A stretch of 50,611 nt of DNA from an uncultured Caulobacterales bacterium (GCA_964412525.1 CAYPOX010000005.1:1-50611), one strand, 5' to 3'; shown: positions 38,137 to 49,138, counted from the stretch's first letter. The notes: generated from the sequence alone by a model not told the origin. Made by a program: numbers and translations.

Positions 38137-38528
38137 GTCCGGGCCAACAAGCGCGCGCGATAAGACGTCGAGAACCAAGCGCCGTTGAACTTTTCAAGGA
38201 CATAGAAGCACCGAACGCGCCATCCTGAGAACGACGTGAATTCGATGTCGACTTCCGCCCGCACGCCTTCGACGACGACATTGTAAACGTGCACGTGATC
38301 GTGCTTCGCGAAGCCTGCCGTTGACGGCTTCATCCATTGCAGCAGTTCGATATGACCTTTCTTGGAGACCGTGATCTGAATCTCACCCATATCGATGTAA
38401 TTCACGCTGTGGTCCGCCATGCGGTCGATGCCGGCGTAGCGTTCGCCGCGACCGAACCGATCAAGGATATCGCGAAGCACCGCCACCGCTTCGGCTTCAA
38501 TTGCTGCTTGGCTTTGAGCCATGTCCAT
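38133..38528 (-). CDS. small hypothetical protein, possibly NTF2/lumazine-binding-like fold
   Basis: N-terminal helix, then strands ending RAEVDIEFTSFSGWRVRCFYVLEKFNGAWF; start at 38528 or 38522. Confidence 0.55.
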   Translation of the reverse strand: MDMAQSQAAIEAEAVAVLRDILDRFGRGERYAGIDRMADHSVNYIDMGEIQITVSKKGHIELLQWMKPSTAGFAKHDHVHVYNVVVEGVRAEVDIEFTSFSGWRVRCFYVLEKFNGAWFSTSYRARLLART

Positions 38529-38828
38529 ATCGCGCCACCGTCCGGACTGTGCCCACAACGCGTTCGATTTCGCGATCCGACGCGACGTGCCGACACGCCA
38601 AGGGCGTTTGAACCTATCATGTCCAATCCAGCGCCGTTTGCAAAGCCTCGAACGCTTTACAAACATTTTTAAAGGCTTTGAGGGCGACGAAGTGATTCAA
38701 TCAATCACGCATAGTGTGCGCTGGAGCGTGTTGAGCGCCACTCAACTTTTTTAAGCACAAGACGAAAAATCGCCCGCATATAGAGACCTTCGAACAAGGC
38801 CGGGGCCGAGATCACTGGTCCGCAGCTG

Positions 38829-39266
38829 TCATGGCGCCTTGGCGTCAAGCTCCGTCAAATATGGGCCCATGCGCGCGCGTGTGTCGTTCGGCCAGGGCGT
38901 CGGTTTGTGCCGAACTTTATCGATGTGAACGAGAACCAGGTCGGCGACGAAGCGCGTGGCGCCTTCGCCCACAGCTTCAAGACGCAGCCCGACCGACGCC
39001 CCACCGATCCGCGTCACGGCGAGGCTCACGTCCAGATCGTCGTACAAACGGCTCGGCGCTTGGAAATCGACCTCGATATGGGCGAGCGGCACGCCGCGCC
39101 CCTCCTCCAGGATCAACCGGCGCCAGTTTTGATCCAGCGCTTCCGCGAACCAGGCCTCCACCGTTTCGTTGATGATCTCGAAATAGCGCGGGTAGAAAAC
39201 GATCCCGGCTGGATCGCAGTCCGCGAAGAGAATGCGCCGCGCCCGTCGGAAAACGCGCCCGTTCAC
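38829..39266 (-). CDS. acyl-CoA thioesterase (4-hydroxybenzoyl-CoA thioesterase family)
   Basis: [19 protein letters not shown] hot-dog motif; GTG start overlapping the upstream stop. Confidence 0.92.
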   Translation of the reverse strand: MNGRVFRRARRILFADCDPAGIVFYPRYFEIINETVEAWFAEALDQNWRRLILEEGRGVPLAHIEVDFQAPSRLYDDLDVSLAVTRIGGASVGLRLEAVGEGATRFVADLVLVHIDKVRHKPTPWPNDTRARMGPYLTELDAKAP

Positions 39267-40432
39267 GCGCCAAGCGCGGCGCGCGCGATCACCAGTTTCT
39301 GCACTTCAGAAGCGCCTTCATAGATGCGCAAGGCCCGAATCTCGCGATAAAGCGCCTCCACGGCGAAACCGCGTCGAACCCCGTCTCCGCCATGGAGCTG
39401 CACCGCCGCGTCAATGACGCGCTGCGCGGCCTCGGTCGCGTAGAGCTTGGCCATCGCCGCCTCGCGCGTGATCCGCGCTTGGCCCCGATCCTTCGCCCAG
39501 GCGGCGCGATAGATCAGGAGCGCGGAGGCGTCCACGTCGAGCGCCATATCCGCCAACTGGCTCTGCGCGACCGGAAGGTCCGCCAGAGTTCCACCGAAGA
39601 GGTGGCGCGACTTGGCCCGGCCAAGCGCCTCGTCCAAGGCCCGTCGCGCGAAGCCCAACGCGGCTGCGCCCACCGTCGGCCGAAAGATGTCGAGGGTGGC
39701 CATCGCGCATTTGAAGCCGCCGCCGGCGGTCCCCAATAAGTTTTCGATCGGAACGCGCACGTCGGTGAAGCGCAGCGTCGCAAGCGGATGGGGCGCCATC
39801 ACGTCGATCCGCTCCGCCACCTCCAGACCTGGCGAATTCGCATCAACGACGATTGCGCTGACGCCTTTCGCGCCAGGCGCTTCTCCGGTGCGCGCGAACA
39901 GGGTGTAGAACGACGCGATGCCGCCGTTCGAGATGTAGGTTTTGGCGCCGTTGATCACGAACTCGTCGCCCTCGCGCCGGGCCTCGGTCGTCATATTGGC
40001 GACGTCCGAGCCGGACTCGGGCTCCGTCAACGCGAATGCCGCCACTTTGGCGCCCGAACGAACCGCCGGCAGATAAACCGCCTTAATCTCGTCCGAGCCG
40101 AATTGGCTGATTGCGCCGGAGCCGAGGCCCTGCATGGCGAACACGAAATCGGCGAGGCCGTGGCGACGACCCAAATTTTCGCGGATCAGGCACAGCGAGC
40201 GGACATCAAGGCGCTCAAAGGCGCCGCCATAGGCGGCTGGCGTCACATATTCGAGCCACCCATCAGTGGCGAGCCGATCCAGAATGACGCCGCACGCCCC
40301 ATCGACGCCTTCGGCCTCCTCCAACTCGTGGACGTCGGCCAATTTACGCTCCGCCCATTCATCGATCGCGCGAGCCAGATCCCGATGGCGATCTTCAAAG
40401 AAAGGCCAGTCTAAAAACGACTCGTCAACCAT
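39263..40432 (-). CDS. acyl-CoA dehydrogenase (abm-cluster type)
   Basis: [42 protein letters not shown]. Confidence 0.93.
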   Translation of the reverse strand: MVDESFLDWPFFEDRHRDLARAIDEWAERKLADVHELEEAEGVDGACGVILDRLATDGWLEYVTPAAYGGAFERLDVRSLCLIRENLGRRHGLADFVFAMQGLGSGAISQFGSDEIKAVYLPAVRSGAKVAAFALTEPESGSDVANMTTEARREGDEFVINGAKTYISNGGIASFYTLFARTGEAPGAKGVSAIVVDANSPGLEVAERIDVMAPHPLATLRFTDVRVPIENLLGTAGGGFKCAMATLDIFRPTVGAAALGFARRALDEALGRAKSRHLFGGTLADLPVAQSQLADMALDVDASALLIYRAAWAKDRGQARITREAAMAKLYATEAAQRVIDAAVQLHGGDGVRRGFAVEALYREIRALRIYEGASEVQKLVIARAALGA

Positions 40433-40435
40433 GGC

Positions 40436-41248
40436 TCAATCTCCTTGAAAGATGGGCTTTTCTTTCGCCACGAAGGCGCGATAGGCGCGCTCGAAATCCT
40501 TGGTCTGCATGCAAATCGCCTGGGCCTGCGCTTCCGCCTCGATCGCGGCTTCCAGGCTCATCGCCCACTCCATGTGGAGGGCGTTCTTGGTCATGCCGTT
40601 GGCGAATGCGGGTCCGCGGGCGATCGCTTCGGCGAGGGCGTGCGCCTCGTCCAAAAGCGCGTCGGCCGCGATCAGGCGATTGTAGAATCCCCAGCGTTCG
40701 CCTTCCTCGGCGCTCATGAAGCGCCCGGTGTAAAGAAGCTCCGACGCGCGCCCTTGACCGATGATGCGGGGCAGGACGGCGCACGCGCCCATATCGCAAC
40801 CCGCGAGACCGACACGATTGAACAGGAACGCGGTCTTCGCGGCGGGCGTCGCGAGCCTCAAATCGGACGCCATCGCCATGATCGCACCCGCCCCGGCGCA
40901 TATTCCATCCACCGCCGCCACGATCGGTTGCGGACAGGCGCGCATCGCTTTCACGAGATCGCCGGTCATGCGCGTGAAGTCGACCAGCTCCGGCATGTCC
41001 ATCGCCACCAGGGGACCGATGATCTCATGCACGTCTCCGCCGGACGAGAAATCGCCGCCGGCTCCGGACACGACCAGGGCCTTGACCTCTTTCCGGTAGA
41101 CCAGCGCGCGGAACCAGTCCCGCAACTCGGCGTAGGACTCGAAGGTCAGCGGGTTCTTTTTCTCCGGACGGTTCAGGGTAATCCGTCCGACGCCGTCCGC
41201 GAAGGACCAGTTGAAATGCTCGGGGCGAAACGTGCGCGCGTCGGTCAT
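40436..41248 (-). CDS. enoyl-CoA hydratase family protein (abm-cluster type)
   Basis: [42 protein letters not shown]. Confidence 0.93.
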   Translation of the reverse strand: MTDARTFRPEHFNWSFADGVGRITLNRPEKKNPLTFESYAELRDWFRALVYRKEVKALVVSGAGGDFSSGGDVHEIIGPLVAMDMPELVDFTRMTGDLVKAMRACPQPIVAAVDGICAGAGAIMAMASDLRLATPAAKTAFLFNRVGLAGCDMGACAVLPRIIGQGRASELLYTGRFMSAEEGERWGFYNRLIAADALLDEAHALAEAIARGPAFANGMTKNALHMEWAMSLEAAIEAEAQAQAICMQTKDFERAYRAFVAKEKPIFQGD

Positions 41249-41745
41249 GCGGCTTCCCGCTCGGCCTTATCCATGGCGTCGACCTCGTCCCGCACGACGC
41301 CTAGGGCGTCGGCCAACCGCGCCAGACCCGATTGGCTCAGGCTCGAAAAAACGTCGGTGATCCACTCTTCATGGGCCATCGCCATTTCGTCGAAGACCGC
41401 GCGCCCGGATTCGGTGAGACGCACGCGCACGCTGCGGCGGTCCTTCGGGTCCACTTCGCGTGTCAGATGGCCGTCTTCGGCGAGCCGGTTCACCAGGCCG
41501 GTGACGTTGCCGTTCGACACCAAGAGCCGCCGTGACAGCGCGCTCATGGTCATCGGTTCGTCGGATCGGCTCAGCGCCGCCAACACGTCGAAACGCGGCA
41601 AGGTCGTGCCGAACTGCTCTTGCAGCTGCGTTTGCAATCGCTTCTCGATCAGCGTCGTGCAAGCCAGCATTTTCAGCCAGGTCTTGAGACTATCCTTGCC
41701 GCGTCCCCTTTGAAGTTCGATCGCACGCTCGAACGTTCCGCTCAT
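41245..41745 (-). CDS. MarR family regulator of the abm-type operon
   Basis: [41 protein letters not shown]; ATG overlaps the SDR stop. Confidence 0.92.
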   Translation of the reverse strand: MSGTFERAIELQRGRGKDSLKTWLKMLACTTLIEKRLQTQLQEQFGTTLPRFDVLAALSRSDEPMTMSALSRRLLVSNGNVTGLVNRLAEDGHLTREVDPKDRRSVRVRLTESGRAVFDEMAMAHEEWITDVFSSLSQSGLARLADALGVVRDEVDAMDKAEREAA

Positions 41746-42500
41746 GTCACCTCTCCGCCTGCGACGGCGATCGCTTGGCCGGTCACGCCCCGCGCCTGAT
41801 CGCCGCATAACCACAACACCGTATCGGCGACTTCTTCGGGCGCGATCAAGCGGCCCTGGGGATTGTGGCGGGTGAACTCTTCGAGAGCGGCGTCGCGGTC
41901 GCGCCCGGTCATGGCGGTGACGGCGTCGAGCGCATCAGCCACGAGGTCGGTGTCGGTGAAGCCCGGACACACCGCATTGAAGGTGATCCCGCCCGCCGCC
42001 CGCTCGGCCGCGAGCGCGCGCATCAAACCGATCGCGCCATGCTTCGCGGCGCAATAGGCCGCGCAATAGGCGTAACCTTTGAGGCCGGCGGTCGAAGCAA
42101 CCGTGATGACGCGCCCATAGGCTTGGGGATGCATACGCCGCAGCGCTTCGCGCGCGCACAAAAATGGCCCGGTCAGATTCACCGCCGTCATTCTGTCAAA
42201 GAGATCGATGTCCGTTTTGGCGAACGGCGCGGTCTCGGCTGCGCCGGCGTTGTTCACCAGGATCGCGATCGGAGCGCGTTCATGCGCCGCCTCGAAGGCC
42301 TCTATCACGCTCGCCTCGTCGGTGACGTCGCAGGCGATGGCGGAACCGTCGCGTAGGCTGGCCGCCACCGCCTGAAGCGGCTCAAGGCGACGCCCCATCA
42401 CCGTCACGCAGGCGCCGGCCCGGTCGAGAGCACGGGCGGTTGCGGCCCCGATGCCGGAACCGCCGCCGGTCACAACGGCATGACGTCCCGCCAGATTCAC
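41742..42500 (-). CDS. SDR oxidoreductase (3-hydroxyacyl-CoA dehydrogenase-like, abm-cluster type)
   Basis: [29 protein letters not shown]. Confidence 0.93.
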   Translation of the reverse strand: MNLAGRHAVVTGGGSGIGAATARALDRAGACVTVMGRRLEPLQAVAASLRDGSAIACDVTDEASVIEAFEAAHERAPIAILVNNAGAAETAPFAKTDIDLFDRMTAVNLTGPFLCAREALRRMHPQAYGRVITVASTAGLKGYAYCAAYCAAKHGAIGLMRALAAERAAGGITFNAVCPGFTDTDLVADALDAVTAMTGRDRDAALEEFTRHNPQGRLIAPEEVADTVLWLCGDQARGVTGQAIAVAGGEVT

Positions 42501-44797
42501 GCGCGCATCGCCTCCGCTTCGGCTGCGGCGCGCGCCATATTGCGCTTCAGCTGGCTGAATCCATTGAGATAGGGCGGCGGCACGGCGACGCCGTCATACT
42601 GCATTTGCGCCGCCGCGCGGATTGACCAAGACGGATCGACCAAATGCGGCCGCGCAAGCGCGACCAAATCCGCGCGACCCGCCGCCAAGATCGAATTGGC
42701 GTGATCCACTTCATAAATGTTGCCCACGGCCATGGTGGCGCATCCAAGCGAATTGCGGATCTGGTCGGAGAAGGGCGTTTGGAACATTCGCCCATAGACC
42801 GGCTTGGCGTCCCTTGTGGTCTGTCCCGCCGACACGTCGATCAAATCCGCCCCGGCCGACTTGAAGGCGCGCGCGATCTCCGTCGCCTCCTCCGGCGTCA
42901 CTCCAGCGTCGCCGACCCAATCGGTCGCGGAAATGCGCACGGACATCGGTTTCTCATCCGGCCAAACATCGCGCATCGCATGGAACACCTCGAGCGGATA
43001 GCGCAGCCGGTTTTCGAGCGACCCGCCATATTCGTCCGTGCGCGTGTTCTGCACCGGCGTCAGAAAGGCGGACAGGAGATAGCCATGGGCGCAGTGCAGC
43101 TCGACCATGTCGAAACCTGCCTGTTGGGCCATGTCCGTCGCGCGCACGAACTGGTCGCGCACCTCATCCATGTCCGCTCGGGTCATCGGGCGGGGCGTCT
43201 TGTTCTCAGGCGACCACGCCACGTCGGACGGAGCGATCAGATCCCAGCCGCCGCTCTCCAGCGGTTCGTCCATGCCCTCCCAACCGATCTTGGTGGCGCC
43301 CTTGGCGCCGGCATGGCCCAATTGAAGACAGATCTTCGCATTCGATCTCGCATGGACGAAATCGACGACCCGCCGCCAGGCGTCGACATGGTCCGGCGCA
43401 TACATGCCCGTACAGCCAGGGGTGATGCGCGCGGTCGGCGACACGCAGGTCATCTCCGTAAAGACCAGGCCCGCCCCGCCCATGGCCCGAGAACCGTAGT
43501 GGACCAGGTGAAAATCGTCGGGGGTCCCGTCGGTCGCGCTGTAGGTCGCCATCGGCGACACGACCACGCGATTCTCCAGCGTCATGGCGCGCAGATGGAA
43601 CGGCGTGAACATGGGCGGCGTCGGCGTATTGGCGGCGCGGCCGGTCGCTTCCTCCGCGTACCAATTCTCCACCTCGCGAAGCCAACCTGCATCGCGCAGC
43701 CGCAAGTTTTCATGGCTGATCCGTTGGCTGCGCGTGAGGAGCGAGTAGGCGAACTGCATCGGCGCGAATTGGAGATAGCGCTCGACATTCTCGAACCACT
43801 CGGTCGAGTTTCGCGCGGCGTTCTGAATCTTCAGGACTTCGACGCTGCGCTCGTCCTCATAGCTTTGCAAACGGTCGTCCAAGGGCAGGTCGGCGGCCGC
43901 CAGATGCTCGGAAAGGGAGATCGCATCCTCAAGCGCGAGCTTGGTGCCCGAGCCGATCGAGAAGTGCGCCGTATGAGCGGCGTCGCCGAGCAGGACGACA
44001 TTGCCGCGCCGCCAACGGTCGCAAAGGATGCGCGGAAAGTTCAGCCACGCTGATGACCGCAAATGGCGGGCGTTCGAAATCAACTCATGCCCGCCCAAAT
44101 GATCGGCGAAGATGCGCTCCAGGGTCCGGCAGGATTCGTCCTGGGTCATGTCGCCGAAGCCCCACTTCTCCCAGGTCTCCGGCGAACACTCGCAGATGAA
44201 GGTCGCGGTGTCGGCGTCGAATTTATAGGCGTGCGCCCAGATCCAACCGTGTTCCGTCTCTTCGAAGATGAAGGTGAATGCGTCGAACTTCTGTTGGGTG
44301 CCTAGCCATACGAACTTGTTCCGGCGCACGTCTCGGTCGACGCCGAAATCCTCTTCGTGGAGCGACCGGATCTTGCTGTTCACTCCGTCGGAGGCGACGA
44401 CGAGATCGTAGCCCTCAAACTGGTCCAAATTCGGCTCCAACTCGACCTCGAAACGCAGATCGACGTCGAGCTCCCGCGCCCGGTCCTGCAAAATGTTCAA
44501 CAGGCGTTTCCGGCCGATGCCGCAAAAACCGTGTCCGGACGAGCGAACCCGCGCACCGTTCACGACCACTTCCACATCGTCCCAATGGGCGAACTCTTCG
44601 AGAATGGCCCGCGCGCTTTTCGGGTCTTTGTCCTCCAGATGATCCATCGTTTGGTCGGAGAACACGACGCCCCACCCAAAGGTGTCGCCGGGGCGATTGC
44701 GTTCGAACACCGTCACCTCATGGGACGGGTCCTGAAGCTTCATGAGATTGGCGAAATAGAGCCCGGCGGGTCCCCCGCCCACGCATGCGATCCTCAT
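42497..44797 (-). CDS. abmA: bifunctional 2-aminobenzoyl-CoA monooxygenase/reductase (salicylyl-CoA 5-hydroxylase family)
   Basis: N-terminal FAD monooxygenase ([36 protein letters not shown]) fused to an OYE domain ([25 protein letters not shown]); AGGAGG RBS. Confidence 0.93.
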   Translation of the reverse strand: MRIACVGGGPAGLYFANLMKLQDPSHEVTVFERNRPGDTFGWGVVFSDQTMDHLEDKDPKSARAILEEFAHWDDVEVVVNGARVRSSGHGFCGIGRKRLLNILQDRARELDVDLRFEVELEPNLDQFEGYDLVVASDGVNSKIRSLHEEDFGVDRDVRRNKFVWLGTQQKFDAFTFIFEETEHGWIWAHAYKFDADTATFICECSPETWEKWGFGDMTQDESCRTLERIFADHLGGHELISNARHLRSSAWLNFPRILCDRWRRGNVVLLGDAAHTAHFSIGSGTKLALEDAISLSEHLAAADLPLDDRLQSYEDERSVEVLKIQNAARNSTEWFENVERYLQFAPMQFAYSLLTRSQRISHENLRLRDAGWLREVENWYAEEATGRAANTPTPPMFTPFHLRAMTLENRVVVSPMATYSATDGTPDDFHLVHYGSRAMGGAGLVFTEMTCVSPTARITPGCTGMYAPDHVDAWRRVVDFVHARSNAKICLQLGHAGAKGATKIGWEGMDEPLESGGWDLIAPSDVAWSPENKTPRPMTRADMDEVRDQFVRATDMAQQAGFDMVELHCAHGYLLSAFLTPVQNTRTDEYGGSLENRLRYPLEVFHAMRDVWPDEKPMSVRISATDWVGDAGVTPEEATEIARAFKSAGADLIDVSAGQTTRDAKPVYGRMFQTPFSDQIRNSLGCATMAVGNIYEVDHANSILAAGRADLVALARPHLVDPSWSIRAAAQMQYDGVAVPPPYLNGFSQLKRNMARAAAEAEAMRA

Positions 44798-44816
44798 GTC
44801 TGCCTCCTATCCTCGA

Positions 44817-44838
44817 ATTATTTTAAGTATAAAATAAT
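44817..44838. promoter_or_regulatory. operator copy 3 (strongest)
   Basis: ATTATTTTA-AGTA-TAAAATAAT, perfect 9-bp arms, 20 nt upstream of the abmA start, overlapping -10-like hexamers. Confidence 0.85.
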
Positions 44839-44867
44839 GACCCCGTCCATGGAGGCCCGCCGCCGCG

Positions 44868-46892
44868 TCACTGCGACGCGCGTTCGTTGAGCCAAGGGGG
44901 CGGCGTCCACCAACGCGGCCCGAAACGATCGGCATAGGCGGCGACGGCGCGTTTGGTCTCCGCCCATCCCCGCGCCTCGGCCTGAAACATCGGGCCGCCC
45001 TTGGCGCGGGGGAAGCCATAGCCATGGACCAAAACGACATCGACATCTTCGGGCGATCGGGCGACGCCGTCCTGGAGGACGCCCGCCGCCTCGACCGTCA
45101 TGGCCAACAGACATCGTTCCACGATCTCGTCGTCGTCGAGCAGCCGCGGCGGCGCGTTTTGGCGGTCGGCTTCCGCAGCGATGATGTCGAGCGCCGCCTC
45201 ATGGCGGGACGCGGCCGCACCCTCATGGCGATAGAAACCGGCGCCGACTTTCCGGCCCAGCATGCCCGCGGCGACCAAGGCGTCGTGCACGTGAAAAGCG
45301 CGCGGTTCAAAATCGGCTTCATCGCGCGCCTCCCGCATCGCGTGGCCGATGTCGAGCCCCGCGAGGTCCAGGGCTTGGAAAGGTCCCATGGGCAGGCCAA
45401 AGGCGCGCATCGCCGCGTCGATCGGCTCCGGATCGCGGGTTTCTAAAAGCATGAGTCCGGCCTCGCGCTGATAGCCTTGCCAGATTCGGTTCCCAATAAA
45501 GCCCCAGCCGACTCCGCTGATCACCGGGATCTTTCTCAGCGCTTTCGCGAAGGCGAGGCCCGTGGCCAGCGTGTCCGGATGGGTCGCGGCGCCGTCAACC
45601 ACCTCCACCAACCGCATGACGTGCGCCGGATTGAAAAAATGCAGTCCGATCACATCTTGCGGACGCCCCGAGGCCGCGGCGATCGCATCCACGTCGAGAT
45701 AGGACGTGTTCGTGGCGAGCACGGCGTCGTCTTTGATGATGCGGCTCAATTCCTCAAACAGAAGGCGCTTGGCGTCCATACGCTCGACGATCGCCTCGAC
45801 CACGAGATCGGCGTTTGATGCGGCGCGAAGGTCCGATGCGGCGGAGAGTCGTTGCAGGGCGTCCGCCGCCGTCCCGGAGAGGCGGCCCTTCGCCGCGTCC
45901 CGCTGCAGGATGCTCTCGATCGCATCGCGCGCCGCGGTCCGCGCGCCTTGATCCACATCGCACAGCACCACCTGTCGACCGGCGCGCAGCGCGGCGGCGG
46001 CGATGCCGCGCCCCATGGCTCCGGCCCCCACGACGGCGACCACATTGACCCCGCGCGCCGCGCCTTTGCGATCCTCAGTCGGCTTCCCAGAGGCGCGTTC
46101 TGCGAAAAACATCCGGCGCAGCGCGCGCGCTTCCGGCGAAGCCTTCAAATCGAGGAAGCGCCGCCGCTCCTCTTTCAAACCGGCCTCAAGACCGTGCGCC
46201 ACGCCGTAATCGACCGCATCGACCGCGGCGGAACGCGCGGGCTCCAGCGGATAGCGGGCGGCGATCTCCGTCTTCAGCGAGGCGAGATCCTCACGGTTCA
46301 AGCAGACTTCAGGGCGTGCGGCGGGCGGCGTCATCGCGAGCGCGCAGGCGGCGTCCAGCAATTCCTCTTGGCGAACCACCGCGTCGATCACGCCGAGGCG
46401 CGCGCCGGCGCCGGCGTCGACAGTTTCGGCGTGGGCGATCATACGGGCGGCCTGGGCCGCGCCGATCATGCGCGGCAAGCGCTGCGTCCCTCCGGCCCCT
46501 GGGATCAGTCCGAGCGTGGTCTCCGGAAGCCCGATCACGCAACCGATCGCCGCCGCACGCGATCGGCAGGCCAGCGCCACCTCCAACCCGCCGCCGAGCA
46601 CGGCGCCATGCATCGCCGCAACCACAGGAATCGGGAAATCGGCGATCCGCGCGCAAAGATCCGTAAGGATTGGATCTTCCGGCGGCTTGTCGAATTCGCG
46701 AATGTCCGCACCCGAAAAGAACGTCTTGCCGCGACAGGCGAGCACGACGCCGCGAGCCGTAGCGTCCGCCTCAATAGCGTCCAGCGCCTCAGCCACGCCG
46801 CGCCGGACGTCGATTGACAAAGCGTTGACCGGCGGGTGGTCGATCCAGATGATCCGAACCGTGTCACGGTTTTCAATGGTGATCGTGGTCAA
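44868..46892 (-). CDS. bifunctional enoyl-CoA hydratase / 3-hydroxyacyl-CoA dehydrogenase (FadB/PimF-like)
   Basis: [48 protein letters not shown]; probable TTG start after GGAGGA (alternative ATG 46910). Confidence 0.92.
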   Translation of the reverse strand: MTTITIENRDTVRIIWIDHPPVNALSIDVRRGVAEALDAIEADATARGVVLACRGKTFFSGADIREFDKPPEDPILTDLCARIADFPIPVVAAMHGAVLGGGLEVALACRSRAAAIGCVIGLPETTLGLIPGAGGTQRLPRMIGAAQAARMIAHAETVDAGAGARLGVIDAVVRQEELLDAACALAMTPPAARPEVCLNREDLASLKTEIAARYPLEPARSAAVDAVDYGVAHGLEAGLKEERRRFLDLKASPEARALRRMFFAERASGKPTEDRKGAARGVNVVAVVGAGAMGRGIAAAALRAGRQVVLCDVDQGARTAARDAIESILQRDAAKGRLSGTAADALQRLSAASDLRAASNADLVVEAIVERMDAKRLLFEELSRIIKDDAVLATNTSYLDVDAIAAASGRPQDVIGLHFFNPAHVMRLVEVVDGAATHPDTLATGLAFAKALRKIPVISGVGWGFIGNRIWQGYQREAGLMLLETRDPEPIDAAMRAFGLPMGPFQALDLAGLDIGHAMREARDEADFEPRAFHVHDALVAAGMLGRKVGAGFYRHEGAAASRHEAALDIIAAEADRQNAPPRLLDDDEIVERCLLAMTVEAAGVLQDGVARSPEDVDVVLVHGYGFPRAKGGPMFQAEARGWAETKRAVAAYADRFGPRWWTPPPWLNERASQ

Positions 46893-46938
46893 GTGAGGTC
46901 CTCCGCCCATGCGTCGGGATAACGCTTGCCCAAAAATG

Positions 46939-46952
46939 TTTGAAGCCTAAAA
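46939..46952. promoter_or_regulatory. operator copy 4
   Basis: TTTGA-AGCC-TAAAA(TAAT) within TTGCCC-N16-TAAAAT, between the divergent fadB-like and gcdH genes. Confidence 0.7.
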
Positions 46953-46984
46953 TAATTTTTCGAGTCCGAGCGAGGAGTCTGACG

Positions 46985-48172
46985 ATGACGACGGCGAAAA
47001 GCTTCGATTGGCGTGATCCCCTGCACCTGTTGGACATGCTGACGGAAGAGGAGCGCCTCACGATGGAGGCGGCGCGCGGTTTTTGCGAGGAACGGCTCAT
47101 GCCCGGCGTGGTGCGGGCGAACCGAGAAGAGAGCTTCGACCCCGCGATGATGCGGGAATTCGGAGATATGGGTTTTCTCGGCGCAACGATCCCGGACGCC
47201 TATGGCGGGGCCGGCGCCAGCCATGTCGCCTATGGTTTGATCGCGCGCGAATTCGAACGTGTCGATTCCGGCTATCGCTCGGCGGTCTCGGTGCAATCCT
47301 CGCTCGTCATGCACCCGATTTTTGCGTTCGGAACCGAAGAGCAGAAGAAAAAGTACCTTCCCAAACTCGCGACCGGCGAGTTCATCGGCTGCTTCGGCCT
47401 GACGGAAGCCGATGGCGGCTCCGACCCCGGCGCCATGCGTACGACGGCGCGGAAGACCGCGGGCGGCTACCGATTGAACGGCTCCAAAATGTGGATCACC
47501 AATTCGCCGCTGGCGCATTTGGCGGTGGTTTGGGCGAAGGCGGACGACGCCGGCGACGCCATTCGCGGCTTCATCGTGGAGCGTGACGCGAATGGCTTTT
47601 CGACGCCGAAGATCGAGGGGAAGCTGTCCCTGCGCGCCAGCGTCACGGGCGAGATCGTGTTGGACGACGTGTTTGTCCCGGATGAAGCCCTGTTGCCGGA
47701 AGTCAAAGGTTTGCGCGGCCCCTTCTCATGCTTGAACAAGGCTCGCTACGGGATTTCGTGGGGCGGGATGGGCTCGGCGGAGTTCTGCTGGATGGCCGCG
47801 CGGGATTACGCGATGGAGCGGACGACGTTCGGCAAGCCGATCGCAAGCACCCAACTCGTCCAGAAAAAACTCGCCGACATGCAAACGGAGATCACGCTGG
47901 GCCTGATCGGGGCTCACCGCCTGGGCCAGCTGCTTGACGAAGGCGCGTTCGTGCCGGAGGCGATTTCGCTCCTGAAGCGCAACAATTGCGGAAAAGCGCT
48001 GGAGATTGCGCGCATCGCCCGCGATGTTTTGGGCGGAAACGGCATTTCCGAGGATTATCACGTCTTGCGCCACGCGATGAATCTAGAGACCGTCAACACC
48101 TATGAAGGCACGCACGACATTCACGCATTGATTTTAGGACGTGCGCAGACCGGGTTGAACGCGTTCGGTTGA
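46985..48172 (+). CDS. gcdH: glutaryl-CoA dehydrogenase
   Basis: [69 protein letters not shown]; GAGGAG RBS. Confidence 0.95.
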   Translation: MTTAKSFDWRDPLHLLDMLTEEERLTMEAARGFCEERLMPGVVRANREESFDPAMMREFGDMGFLGATIPDAYGGAGASHVAYGLIAREFERVDSGYRSAVSVQSSLVMHPIFAFGTEEQKKKYLPKLATGEFIGCFGLTEADGGSDPGAMRTTARKTAGGYRLNGSKMWITNSPLAHLAVVWAKADDAGDAIRGFIVERDANGFSTPKIEGKLSLRASVTGEIVLDDVFVPDEALLPEVKGLRGPFSCLNKARYGISWGGMGSAEFCWMAARDYAMERTTFGKPIASTQLVQKKLADMQTEITLGLIGAHRLGQLLDEGAFVPEAISLLKRNNCGKALEIARIARDVLGGNGISEDYHVLRHAMNLETVNTYEGTHDIHALILGRAQTGLNAFG

Positions 48173-48214
48173 CGGCGGTCGCGTCCGCCCCGCCTTCGCG
48201 GAAAGGGACGGTCG

Positions 48215-48619
48215 ATGGAGTTTTTGCAGCCGCCGGGTTGGCCGCGTCCGAAGGGCTACGCCAACGGCGTCGCCGCGCAGGGGCGCATGGTGTTTGTGGC
48301 CGGCCAAGTCGGCTGGGACACGGACGGGCGATTTCCGGAAGGTTTCGCCGCTCAGTTTCGTCAGACGCTGGAGAACACCTTGGCGGTGTTGCGCGAAGGC
48401 GGCGCGGCGCCTGAGCATGTGGCGCGCATGACCTGGTATGTGACGGACAGGGAGGCTTATCTGGCCGCCGCGCGCGACGTCGGCGCGATTTATCGCGACC
48501 TTATGGGACGGCATTTTCCCGCCATGGCCGTCATACAAGTGACTGCGCTGATGGAGCCGGAGGCGATGGTGGAAATTGAAACCACGGCCGTTGTTCCAGA
48601 GGACGGGCCTGCCTCCTAA
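48215..48619 (+). CDS. RidA/YjgF family enamine/imine deaminase (abm-cluster type)
   Basis: LQPPGWPRPKGYANG, FVAGQVGW, MGRHFPAM, VEIETTAVVP. Confidence 0.92.
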   Translation: MEFLQPPGWPRPKGYANGVAAQGRMVFVAGQVGWDTDGRFPEGFAAQFRQTLENTLAVLREGGAAPEHVARMTWYVTDREAYLAAARDVGAIYRDLMGRHFPAMAVIQVTALMEPEAMVEIETTAVVPEDGPAS

Positions 48620-48687
48620 CAATAAGGAAACGTTTACGAAATCGCCCCAAGGTTGTGCCATAATATGGCCGATCAGGAGGGGTCGTC

Positions 48688-49017
48688 ATGCATGTGGTTA
48701 AGTCGTTGATCGTTGCGGTTTCCGCCCTTTCAGGCGCGACTTGGGCCGACCTGCCGTGTCAGCCGCCATCCGAACCGAATGTGCGCCTCAATGTCGAGAC
48801 GGCCACGCCGCAAGACTTCAAATCCATGTATTTGGCGGTGAAGGCGTATCAGCGCGACGCCGCCACTTATCGCGAGTGTTTGGACGTCAACGTTCCCGCC
48901 AAACAGACCCGCAACCGATTGTTCAACGAATCCGTAGACGCCGAGCAGGCCTTGGCCGAGGCGTTCAACGCGTCGTTCGTGGCGTTCAAACAAAAAATGC
49001 AGGAGCGTTCGCGCTAG
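48688..49017 (+). CDS. small secreted hypothetical protein
   Basis: AGGAGG RBS, signal peptide ending ATWA, two Cys, helical body. Confidence 0.7.
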   Translation: MHVVKSLIVAVSALSGATWADLPCQPPSEPNVRLNVETATPQDFKSMYLAVKAYQRDAATYRECLDVNVPAKQTRNRLFNESVDAEQALAEAFNASFVAFKQKMQERSR

Positions 49018-49081
49018 GAGCCCGATCGGCGTTTGGCGCATCCGTCAGCTTCAGGCGTCGCCGACGGTCATTCATATGGGG

Positions 49082-49110
49082 ATGACAAATCTGCGACGCC
49101 GGCTTATATC
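49082..49110 (+). promoter_or_regulatory. sigma70-type promoter of rimP-nusA
   Basis: ATGACA-N17-TATATC. Confidence 0.5.
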
Positions 49111-49138
49111 CACCGTACATCGCTAATCCGAGAGGATG

